From Massalongia carnosa (lineage: Eukaryota), in NCBI GenBank assembly GCA_965645245.1, contig OZ287075.1:310001-374000 (forward strand): DNA of 64,000 nt. Direction: 5' to 3'. The position numbers and the translations under genes were made by a program. Positions 13,386 through 24,265 of this stretch are shown one piece after another (within the stretch, counting starts at the first letter, position 1; each line of letters begins with the position of its first letter). The notes beneath the pieces are model-generated. The model worked only from the letters and a program-made list of their open reading frames with translations, did no database searches and was not told where the DNA came from.

Positions 13386-14505
13386 TTATCCATGATTGAT
13401 CATCCTATCCCATTCCACTCAAACTCTAACTCACCGTTTGGTTTTATGAGGTTTTCTCGGCAGGTATTAGATTAGATAGATAGGTAGGTACTCGCTCCTC
13501 ATCACGTCTCCGCTTCATTCTTACCCGTATCCTACCGCTTTTCGTTCACGTTTTATCTTATCTTACCTTACGCGGTACCTTAATCCTCTTTCTCTAGTAC
13601 GTTACATTACGTTACCTGCCCGCCAACCTAGGTAATAGTTACATAACCACTCCCAAAAAGCGACGTCAGCTTTCCCGAACTGTGAAACCCCGAAGACGGA
13701 AAACCTTCCAGCTTAGCCACCTCATACATAGTTAGCTGGGGGGGAAGGGGGGAAAGAGCGGGTGTATCTATCTATTTATCTATTTAGCTTTTTACCGAAC
13801 GAAATAGTGGAAGAAAGGAAGGAAGGAATGAATGAACGAAAGGGTTCTAGATAAGGGGGTAGATGGTGTTTAGTTTTCCCGCGAGTTGGTAGTATGTTGA
13901 GGCAGTTACAAAGTTAGTAATTAATAAGTAGGGAAGGATAAATACGTACAGTAAGGCTATATGTCTGGCAAAATGCCGAGTAAAAGAAACGACTAGAGAG
14001 GGGCGGTGAGATGCTAGTTTTCAAACCCCCCCCCAAAAAGCCCACTTAGGTATGGAGTAACTTAGGAGCCGGGCTTTTAAAAGGGGACAATAACAAAATC
14101 CAGGCTCCATCTTTCCCTCCCTCGAAGCCCCATTTTTTGGTTTTTTGGTTTTAAGAAAAGGAAAAAAACGCCTACTTCTCTAGATGGGAGTCGGAAGTTT
14201 CTGGTGCTGAGGGAAGGGGCTTTTTAGCTGAAGTCGGAGCCGGTGGAACAACGGTGGGGAGGGGTGATAGATCTCAATAGCTGAAGATTGGATTGGATTG
14301 GATTGGTGGATGGCTTTGCTGCTTTATGGTGCCTTGCTTGCTCCTCAAATTAAACCTAGAAGAGTTCCATACCGATGTCCTCTGCAGCCTCCTGAGCGGT
14401 GCCGTCTTCACCGTTCACCTTCCCATTGGCGTCCTCGTCGCCGATATCCCTCAGCCCCGCCCTCCCCCCCCCCCCCCCCCCGTTATATTTGCCAGGACAC
14501 GAACT

Positions 14506-15407
14506 CTACACTCGTAGTAGCAACACGGGTACAGCAAGCTTTCGCCTTCTCCTCCCCGCTTTCAGGAATGCCATCTCCCGCATCTGGTCCCGCCGGTGTT
14601 CGAAGATGTACCCGAAGAGGAACTTCGCTCTTGCTACGGGGGAGACCGTCATGAGCAAATGGCGGAACGACTCGCCGTGGCCGTTGAGCCCGTAGTAACG
14701 GATGTAATCTACCCCAGTGGTGTAGGCTTCGCTACCACAAAACTCCAGGAAAGCGTGGCAGAGCTCGTGCAGAAGGGTGCTTAACACACAAATGCGACGT
14801 TCCTCGGCCGAAATCGTGCTTTTATGCTCAGGGTAGGGGTTGGGATCAACCTTGATGCTAGCCTTGTGGAAGCGGCAGTGATATTCACAGCGTGATTTAG
14901 AGAGGGTGTACCCGTAACAACCTTCTTGGACAGCGTCGGCCCACTCGATCTCAACCCTTGGCTGAATTTGAAGGTTACCATCAAAGAAGTGATCACCGAA
15001 AACCATGGCGTATCCCTATAACCCATCCAGGTGAGATTCCTCTAATAACCAATCCATACTATTCTTGAGACGATATGCTCTTTGATTGCAACCCTCAGTA
15101 ATTCGTAACAATCATGTCTGGTCCGGTTCATATGCTGGAAAACCTGCTGTACAAGGTTGGGATACTAGAGGGTGCATGGCGGAGGTGGGGGATCCGATAG
15201 ATATGTACACCGAACTGGCATGATGCCTGCATTCAGGAAGAGTTGAAAAACTAATGCGGAGGATTCTGAGCCAGAGCATTGGCCCGGTCTCATCATACAC
15301 ATGTAGGGACCCCTAAAGGCTCGTGGTTTCCCGAGCGTTTCCTTGAACGCGTAGTAAATTTTAGAGGTTAGGATCGGAGAGGGGAGTTCAAGGGGTGCTT
15401 GAACCAT
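14506..15407 (-). CDS. SprT-like zinc metalloprotease domain protein (5' exon structure uncertain)
   Basis: FGDHFFDGNL...VEIEW...G.T...STLLHELCHAFLE...GHGESF matches the SprT pattern (HExxH followed by HG..F). Upstream ATG candidate at 15407. Confidence 0.65.
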
Positions 15408-17512
15408 GTTTCTGCAGGAGAAACTGCATGCTAGAGTTCAGCGATGAGCGGAGAGTCCTTGACTGTCCAGGCGCTCCTCGGAAGTGGGTTTAGGAGAGAG
15501 AGGAAGCTGATGCTTGCAATTGGCTGATATTGAAGGGAAATTTGAAAGCCGAAGCCGAGGATAGTCTATGAAGAAGATGAAGTGATCTGGCCAGCAGAAG
15601 AGGGCAAAATGGCTTAAAGGGCGAGGGATAGAAAGCCTGAAGCCAAGAGATGTGACGATGAGAAAAAATCAAAATATTCAAGCTCTATATATGGATAATC
15701 CAGAGAACTAGTCTTCGGACAGTTACAAAGCGATGAAACTCCAGGGTCCCTGACACAGACAAATCAATGGAGGGTAAGAGGCATCCAGCTAATAGACTGA
15801 ATAAGAAGCATAAATGAACATACGGTGAGAAATAGCAAAGGCATGGTGACGTCCTTTCGCTCTTTGGAATAATGATATGCATCACTCTGAATGAGCTAAG
15901 ACTGAACCAGCGGAAAGTTGCAGCTTCTAGAAGAAAAACCGAGCCGAGACAGCTCAGGAAAGCAGTGTCTCAGGTTTATTTTCCAAGTTGAACGTCCTCC
16001 CGGAAACGAGATAAAGAGAGATATGCCTAGACCAAAGGCTCTGGACGAAAGCTAGTGCGAAAAAGAAGCCTTAGCACAGGCAACCCCATCAACGATCCAT
16101 TTCCGAATGAAGACAAAAACTCCCAAGTCTAGGTTTTGATGGGGCTGAGCGACTCTGGGACATGTACCTATTCTTCGATAGTAGGAGAAATACATCCCGT
16201 TTGAGGTCTAAAAGATCCCGACGAAGTCTCAAGCCTGCTCTTGGTCTTGAAAGTCGCATGGTAAGTGTATCAAGCACATGCCTAGATCAATGGAACCATT
16301 TTTCGAAGAAGACAAATCCATAAAGGGAAGTTTCAGTGTGAAAGAGCAGCTCTGAAACAGACTTGCAGCTAATTTGCGGCGACCAAATAGGTCTATGAAA
16401 ACACATAGTAAATCATCATTCAATGTACATCTACATAAGTCGAATTTCAGGTGTAAGCTCAGTAAAGGAAGTGGAATTGGATTTCCTCACCGATACTTCC
16501 AGAAAGCATAGTTCAAGGTAAAGCAGACCCATAGAGTATTATGGTATGGCGTATTTGGCCTCGCAGTCTCAACCCTGGTAGGAATGGGAATGGAGATAAA
16601 AATGATTAAAAAATGGTTCAGTTCTTCTGCCGGTATGTAAATATGTTCCAGGAATATCACGGGATTTGCGTGAGCTAATCAATTCAGGGGTGCATATAAC
16701 GAACCAAGGGGCATAAACATTCCATCAGCCTCCCTAAGAAATCCAAACATTCGTTCCCCCCTAAAAGCTTACTTACCCACAAAGAAATAAGGCTGAAGAA
16801 GCCTCATTAGAACACACTCCTGTATTCCGCAAATAAGATTCTATTCATGATATCTAGACAGTTCTTCCACTGGACCACAATCGGCGATAGGGGCAACGTC
16901 TTGGCTCGATCCATTGGTGATAAAATGCGAGTTCAGAGGTTCATCGGCGACTGCCGACATGAAGATGATGACTCCTATTCTACTGTAAATATCCGTATGA
17001 TAATTTCGCGCCGATATGCGTGGCAAGTTCTGCTTGTGCGGCGATTCTGATACCGATTATCATCTGCTCTAGCTCAGTTGATGTTGATGTCCCAATTATG
17101 TCATGTAGCTTTCTGCTCAAGAGCACAATAATTTGAGGTGCGGTGTTGTTCCTGTGGTCCCCCTTGATGTAAAGATCTTCATGCCCTGAACAATGCCCTT
17201 GACTGAGGCAACACCTTGCCAAGACCGAGTGGATGGAACAAAGTCTTCAATACTTATGAGGTCTTAATCCTGACCTTACTCGATGGAATTCGAGACTCCA
17301 AAACAGTGTGCACGTTGAGGGATGAAGCGAAATTGGCCATCGTCTCCGGAATGCTACAGCGGAAGTGTACAAGAACCCTTCGTTCACACCCTGCGACAAC
17401 TCCAAAGCCCATACCACTTCATTGCCGAACGAACTGATCCATAATCCTTTAAACATAGCGCAGAAAGCTATTACGTTGGGAATCTTCGTCCATCCATTCC
17501 TCACCCGCGGAA

Positions 17513-18838
17513 ATGACCATCGAAGAGATAATTTCCTTACACTTCAATCGGTATTCTTCCTCCCTGGCACAAATATCTGCAGACTGCCTGTTGGCAGACG
17601 AGGGGATTTGCGTTGACAACAAGATTTCCTGCACTAGGTGTGGATCGTTAGACGCACCAACGACCCCATTGCGGTCAGAGCCTCGCGTCTCGGGATGGAC
17701 CATTCACGAAGCGGTGGTTGTTAGCGGATGTTACAAAGTTGCTTTCCTTTGCGCCGTGGTTTATCTCTCCCTCTTTCCCTACCAGATCTACTGGAAAATA
17801 CACCATTGTCCTAGCTCCTCTCAAGTGATGTACTGTGCGTCTCACACCGCTTCATCCTAGAATTCTTCCTAGCTCACATGCACTGGATGTCTCCAGCCCC
17901 GAATTCTCAGAATGTCGAGTTCCGCCAGGAATATTTCGATCATTCTCCGCCCATCAGCGAAGATCTACCAAAGATATCGGCCGGAAACCCAAGCCCCAAG
18001 TTTGCCCTCGCATGGCAAGATATTCTGGAACGTATGTATGGTTTCGTTGCGAATAGACCTAGAGGTGTGAATCTGACCGAGTAAATTTAGATTTCTATAT
18101 CCGCGTTCCAGCGGCGGAAATAAAACAGCTTGAACGTGAAAGTCAAGCATTGGCGTTGCAGGATGGTTCTGGATATATTGGGACGTTGAGTGTCTTTCAG
18201 CAGCTGAACTGTATTGTAAGCATCTATTCTCGAGGTTTTTTTTAAGAAGTGCGCAACATGGAAAGCGAGGACAAACGCTGATGATTTTGTTTTTGGTAGA
18301 ATCGGCTCCACCAATTCCTTTTTCCAGATACATACCTCTCTAACCTCACTAAAGAGGAGATTAATGTCCTTCGCTATCATAATGGTGAGCCTCCCCGTCA
18401 TATCAATCTAATAGCTATATTCACCCAGATATACGACCAATGTATTATCAACCCGCGCTGTGCTAACTCGCTCAACATAGAACACTGCCTCAACATGATC
18501 CGTCAAGAGCTCATGTGTGTGGGTGATATGTCTCTCATTACCCTTTACTGGAATTCGCAGTCCCGTTCCCCTGTCGCAAACGGCACCATGCCTCGCCAGT
18601 GCGTCAATTGGACTAGCTTGACAAAGTGGGCCAGGGCAAGAGCAGTGGATATAGTTGCCGAGGGCATGGTAATGCATCCGGTCTTTGGTAAGTCATGATT
18701 GTGCATTGATGGTCTTTGACTCCCAAGGGATGAAGCTTGCTTGTTCCCATAAGATCTAGAGCGGGGTTTCGTCAACCGGTGGTGGTACAGTATCTTAACA
18801 GCAAATTAGGGGCCAGTGTATATGGGGGAAAGACTTGA
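17513..18838 (+). CDS. DUF3328 / UstYa-like oxidase (RiPP/cyclic-peptide tailoring family), six exons
   Basis: Spliced translation is open: TM helix, then YSP..NVEF...AGNPSPKFALAWQDIL...GYIGTLSVFQQLNCI-NRLHQ...RYHNEHCLNMIRQELMCVGDMSL...RQCVNWTSLTKWA...HPVFG. Canonical donors (gtgcgt, gtatgt, gtaagc, gtgagc, gtaagt). The last exon is inferred. Confidence 0.85.
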
Positions 18839-20628
18839 GAGAAATAAGTGGTAGATGAAAGGAATCTGAATATTAGGCTTAAGTGGGAATAGGCGTTCTG
18901 TCACGGTACGCTGTGGCGAGTACGGTTATGCGGAAAACTCGGCGTAAATGGATACGCTGTAGAGAGTGGGAATAGGAGTCAAGAGCAATCTGTACCTCCT
19001 GTGAATGGCGGTACTTGGAAAGAAGGGGAAAAACACGTCGAAGAATATCTAGAAAGCATCATGAAGAGCAACGGAGAAATTGATCTGAAGAGAGGAACGT
19101 GGGCATACAGGAAGAAAAAGGCCGTATACAAAACATAATTTATATGAAAAATGTACGGAGTACTTCAAGCACCACGAAAAGTTCAAATAATATTTCTCCA
19201 CAGGTGCAGATGGACATCAGAAGCGGGAGAGCTTACTCCCATCTCCAAGATCTCATGGAGTAAAATACCTGTCATCACGTTTCTTGATACGGCTGTTGAC
19301 GCGCCACGTCACGACATGAGATACGGAGTACATACATGTCGCGAAACAAGGCGTAGAGTAAGGGCGTAAGCAGTGGCTTTTCGCTAAGGTAGTCGAGGAC
19401 TTTGTCCGTTCAGAGCATGTCCGGAAATACCCCGCGAATGGAGAGCGACTGGAACACGACCGAGATCTCGCAGAAAGCATGGGCCCCTTCCGATCTTGCG
19501 ACTAGTTGAGCAGCAGAAGAACCAACAACGCGCGTGGGTCCAGAATGACTCCCCTTCTTCCTCTGATGTTCCAGGGCGATTGCTGGCGATGGCGACGGGG
19601 AGCAGGGAGGAAAGAAGCTTAAGTAGAAGCGTCGTCGAGTTGGGGCCAATAGATACGCGCCGTCCGCCTCAAGTTCGTCCCGGATCATCCTACGCGCCGC
19701 ATGTCAACGTCGACTTCAGCATCACGACCAGATCCACCAAGATTCCAGGCGCTTAGGTACCGATACGGTATGTATTTGCTGGCACTCGCTGGCATTTTGC
19801 TTCCAAAGATACCTCTTCGTACCGCTACCACCTGCCTCAGACGTGTTTCTGTGCTCGATCTATATCAGGCAGCGGGTGGTAATATGAAACCTACCATCTA
19901 GATACTCGGTACTCAGACTTATACCAATAATACCACGAGCGTATCTAGCACGCACCAAGGGAGCGCTGGTTGCGTGGTGTATTATCGCCTTTTCCCACAC
20001 CTCCACACCACACTCCCTTGTCAACGGACTCACGCTAGTGGGTTTCGGCAACCGGAGACGAAATAATACCAGTACTCGGTGGGTATAGCGTACGCCAGTA
20101 TGAACGATACTTTATACGGCGTACTCCATACCGAGAACCATACGATACCTTGACGCGCGACATCAACGTCCTGGCAAACCCGAGACATGTGGATGCTGTG
20201 TTTGTGTTTTGACTCTTGCTAGTGCCTAGTCGTCCGCTGTGGGTAGGAATGCCTCCAATCCCCAATGTTTACCTCGCGTTTCATGTCTGCTGGTCAATTC
20301 ATTTGCAATGGCTTTCTTATACATTGTGTTTCATCACCAGTCCTACACTAAGCCTACTCGCGAGGATAAGTATCTCTTTCATGTCCTCTGCCTCTCCTCT
20401 CCTGCTTCTCTAAAGATACCCTCGATGAAACGACCGTGAACGTTCTGTGAACGAATCTCTTTTGTACTTTCCTATCGTCGTCGACTAAATTAAGACAACG
20501 GAGCCGGCCTCCACATTAATCAGCGCCAGCTCACCTCCATCGCCTTAGACGTGCGTCATTGCGTGAGTATTCGGCCTTTCCTGTGGCAGTGTGGGCCGTT
20601 GCTGATATGGGACGGCAGTCTGGTAGCC

Positions 20629-22242
20629 ATGCCTCTCGAACCTTACCAATACCGCCCGGCTACTCCTCCATTCTCCGAAGCCCCCATCATCCTTCCCGAT
20701 AGCAGCCACAGCCGCGATACATCTGGCTCGTCGATCTGGTCGCGAAACTCGTCCCCCGACTCCGTTCTTACTCATGCCACCACCCCGAGTCGCTCTCCCA
20801 TCAGGCAGTGCGGGCCCACGCTGCTGCCCAGAATACGGACGCAAGATCAAACCGTGGAACCAAACCTCAAGGTAGCTAAGACTCATCGGAGGGCTTTGTC
20901 CAGCACCGTCAACCCCCCAGGACAGCCCCAACCGTCGAGGCCTCAAGTACAGCGGAGCACCACGACTCCTCCCGAATGTATCTCTCTCCTTTCCCCCGTC
21001 TCGGCCACGTCGACCGTGGACTCCTGGGTCATTTCCGCCTTGAACTCCCCCATCACCATTCCTTCATCCTATACGCGACGACCTAGCCATACCAGATCTT
21101 CGTCCGCCTCGATCATTGATGACGTCGCGCTCCGACAGTACGGTTATCCCACCTATCGCAGCCTACCCCAATACATTTCTCGGACACCACAATATACCCC
21201 TTCCGTTGTTCCCGGAGCGTCCACGTTCGTTCCTCCGCTACCATCTGCGCCGGCGCAGCCTCAGGATCTGGCCCAGGAACTGCAATATGTTACCGAAGAC
21301 GATCCGTGCATTAACCTAACTCAATATCTCACGGGATCCAATCCTCCTGTAAACCTCGTCCCCCAATTCAACATTGTACTTGGAAGAGGCCATCAAATGC
21401 ATTCGTGGTGGGATATCCGAAACCTCAAGGTCTGGGAAGGCTTCAACCTTGAGACCATCAAAGCCATTCCCGATTTCGACAAATTCCTCAGCGTCGACAT
21501 CCGCGCCACCGCGCTTCCCGTGCCCGTCATCTCCCAATCCCGACTCCAACCCCAAACCGAAGCATCCCTCACAGCCATCTACCGAGACTTTTACGCGGCC
21601 AAAGTTAACGCAGCCCTCAAGATCTGCCAAGGTCAATTCAACCATATCTCCATGCGTGCCGAACGCTCCAAAGATGGCCCGGACTTTGTTGCAAACTACC
21701 AAAACGACATCGACAACACCATATCTGGCAACGGACGCGGCCGCGTCGTTGGGCTGGTCATGTCCTTTGACCGGTGGAACACGGGCATGCGCCACGAAGT
21801 CGGCCACCGCAAAATCTTCTACCTCACCGCTCTGGCGCAACTTCATCGCTGCATGCGCGAGCACAGCTGCCGCTACGGCTTCATCATCACGGAGATCGAG
21901 CTGGTCTGCGTGCGCGCCGGCACGGAAGACATCCCTTACTTCGGCTTTCTCGAGCTGGCGCCCACCATCGAGCTCAAGACCCACGAGGGCTTGACGGCGT
22001 GCATGGCGCTGTGGTATCTACACATGCTAGCGAAGAACACGCCGTTGCCGGGCCAGTGCGGGTGGAAGCTAGATGTGGGGCCGCCAAGCGCGATGACGCG
22101 GACGAAGGTGATGGATGAGAAGGACGAGTGGATCCCCGCGCCGCAGAGCGGGGAGAAGCGGAATGCCAAGTTGGCGCGGGGCTGGGTCCTGCCAGGGGAT
22201 CCGTGGAACAAGAAGAAAGAGGGGGTGAGCCGGAGGAGGTAG
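20629..22242 (+). CDS. Conserved fungal protein with S/P-rich N-terminus and a degenerate PD-(D/E)XK-like C-terminal domain
   Basis: Single long ORF with likely ATG at 20629 (MPLEPY). C-terminal WWDIRNL..W..F, GPDF, RVVGLVMSFDRW, LAQL..MREHSCRYGFIITEIELVCVR, LTACMALWYLHMLA. Confidence 0.8.
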   Translation: MPLEPYQYRPATPPFSEAPIILPDSSHSRDTSGSSIWSRNSSPDSVLTHATTPSRSPIRQCGPTLLPRIRTQDQTVEPNLKVAKTHRRALSSTVNPPGQPQPSRPQVQRSTTTPPECISLLSPVSATSTVDSWVISALNSPITIPSSYTRRPSHTRSSSASIIDDVALRQYGYPTYRSLPQYISRTPQYTPSVVPGASTFVPPLPSAPAQPQDLAQELQYVTEDDPCINLTQYLTGSNPPVNLVPQFNIVLGRGHQMHSWWDIRNLKVWEGFNLETIKAIPDFDKFLSVDIRATALPVPVISQSRLQPQTEASLTAIYRDFYAAKVNAALKICQGQFNHISMRAERSKDGPDFVANYQNDIDNTISGNGRGRVVGLVMSFDRWNTGMRHEVGHRKIFYLTALAQLHRCMREHSCRYGFIITEIELVCVRAGTEDIPYFGFLELAPTIELKTHEGLTACMALWYLHMLAKNTPLPGQCGWKLDVGPPSAMTRTKVMDEKDEWIPAPQSGEKRNAKLARGWVLPGDPWNKKKEGVSRRR

Positions 22243-23447
22243 CTTGGCGGACAGACGTTTTGGCCTGCGTACCGGGGGGGGACTAGGGACTGCGGGTTCA
22301 GCAACCCAAAGGAGGTGGATGGATATGTATGCATGCATTGTCTGGTATATGCCATTGCCTCTGCGCTTTAATCTCGGAAACTCTAAATTCAATTCCCACC
22401 ACACCTTGCTTCAATTCTATGGACGTTGGGGCTTCTGGGAAGTCGATCGCGTGAGTTTCACTCATCGTCGTCTCTATCTGGACGGGAAACTTTATGCTAC
22501 AGCGCACGGAACGAACTGGAGATAGACGAACTGGAACGTCGCAGCTAAATATCTATGACGCACAGGATGTGTATCTTGATACGTTTATAAACATAATTAC
22601 AGTATATCTGACAGCTAGCGACATGCCTTGGTATCGTTAAGTAGACGAGAGCTGCTTACAACGTCAGTACCGAGTATAACTCTGCACAGAGTATCCCCTT
22701 GAGTTATCAGGGTTGCATCGTCCGAACGGATTTATTTCAACAGAGGTATAGAGTACGGAGGGCAAACGTCGTCGACAGCGAAACACGCAAAATTTATCTC
22801 CAAACAACCGGGGTAAGAAGCGGCGGCTTTGAGGGTTGGGGCTCTGGATGAAGTCTGAAGGGGGTGCGTCGCTCGGTCTTGGTTGGTCGGGGGCAGTGGG
22901 TAAACGGTGAAAGGCGGGTAATGAAACGATGAGGAGATGCAGAATGTTAAAAGCGAGCGAATGAAGGGTCATATCCTGTATCGTTGAGTAACTGCCGATT
23001 TTATCCAGCTGCGTATACTCTATACACGTAAAAGAAAAGGAGGAAAGGGGCAATGGAAAGTCTCGTTGCTTCGTGAACAGGAACGATATACTCTGTATTA
23101 TTATGCCTTGGATCCAAATCGGTAATATTAAACAGGTTTCGTCCTGGTTCGCGCAATTTCTTTTCTTTCGATACCATAAATTACATCAAGCTCCCCGTAA
23201 TCCTCGAAATATTACGTGAATCATAATAAATCCCCCACCCCCAACCTCTTCGCCTTTTCCGTCAGTCAACCTCAATCGGCACCTCATCCTCCTCCCTTCC
23301 GGAATTAAATCCATCAGAAATCCACCATTCATCTTCGATCAAACTATCACTTGCGCGCATCATCATCAGATCATTGCGACCCAATCTGCCTTACTTACAC
23401 GTTCGTTTCACGTACCGTCCTTCCCAAGGAAGCTTCGCGATCACGCA

Positions 23448-24265
23448 ATGGCTGGCGAAGAACCCGAGGTCGGTGACCAAGGTACGTGTCATTTTCCTAC
23501 CAGCGCATTTTTCGCACCATCGTTGCTGCGATTATCCCCTTGCACGCAGCAATTACCCCTCGCATCATCATCATCTACATTTTCCCCTTGAACTCCACGC
23601 GCTTCCACTGCACCCCTTTCCCCTCAACTCCTCAAAGCTCACTTTCTCGCGTCTGACGCGCAGTCTCGTGGTCGTATGGTGGCGGTCAACCCTCGGGTGA
23701 GGTCGCGGAGAAGAAGACCGAGGGCGAAGTGTCAATCACGTCCAAGCGCGGCAACACCATCAAGCGCAAAGCCGAACCTCACGACCCCGCAGTGCTCGTT
23801 GCGCGCCCCGGCAACGATGTGGTAAAGAAGCAGAGCGAGCTCGAGGTCGAGGAGAAGACCAGCGACAACGCCCACCCCGAGGAGAACGACGAGGAGGTCG
23901 CGACCAACGGCGACGCCCCCGCCAACGACGACAAGAACTCCGGCGAGAAGCGCCCCGCGGAAGAGGACAACGTCGACGAGGAACCCAGCAAGAAAGCCAA
24001 GGTCGGTCGTGGCCGCCCGAAGAAGGTAGCCGGCTCCATGCCCGCCGCCGCCACCGCCGCCAAAAAGAAGGCCGCCGCTGCCGCCGTGGAGAAGAAACCC
24101 GCCACGGGCGAACCCGACACCGCGAAAAAGGGCCGCGGCCGACCTAAGAAGGAAGAAGGTGCGGCCACCGGCACCCCAAAAGCGAAACCCGCCAAGAAGG
24201 AAAAGAAGCCTCGCGCCGCCAACGGCACCGGCGTCGGCAGCCGGACACGAAGCGCCAAGAAGTAA
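23448..24265 (+). CDS. Hva1-type Tudor (DUF2945-like) domain protein with two AT-hooks and a Lys/Ala-rich tail
   Basis: Exon 1 MAGEEPEVGDQ (gtacgt donor) splices to VSWSYGGGQPSGEVAEKKTEGEVSITSKRGNTIKRKA..DPAV..R.GNDVVKKQSEL. GRGRPKK at 24005-24025 and 24131-24151. Confidence 0.8.

Noticed and set aside
15450..17500. Additional genes between the SprT-like and DUF3328 genes
   Set aside because: Only short ORFs with no recognisable motifs or consistent splicing.
1..19000. Starship element
   Set aside because: No DUF3435 tyrosine recombinase captain is visible in the window; one upstream cannot be excluded.
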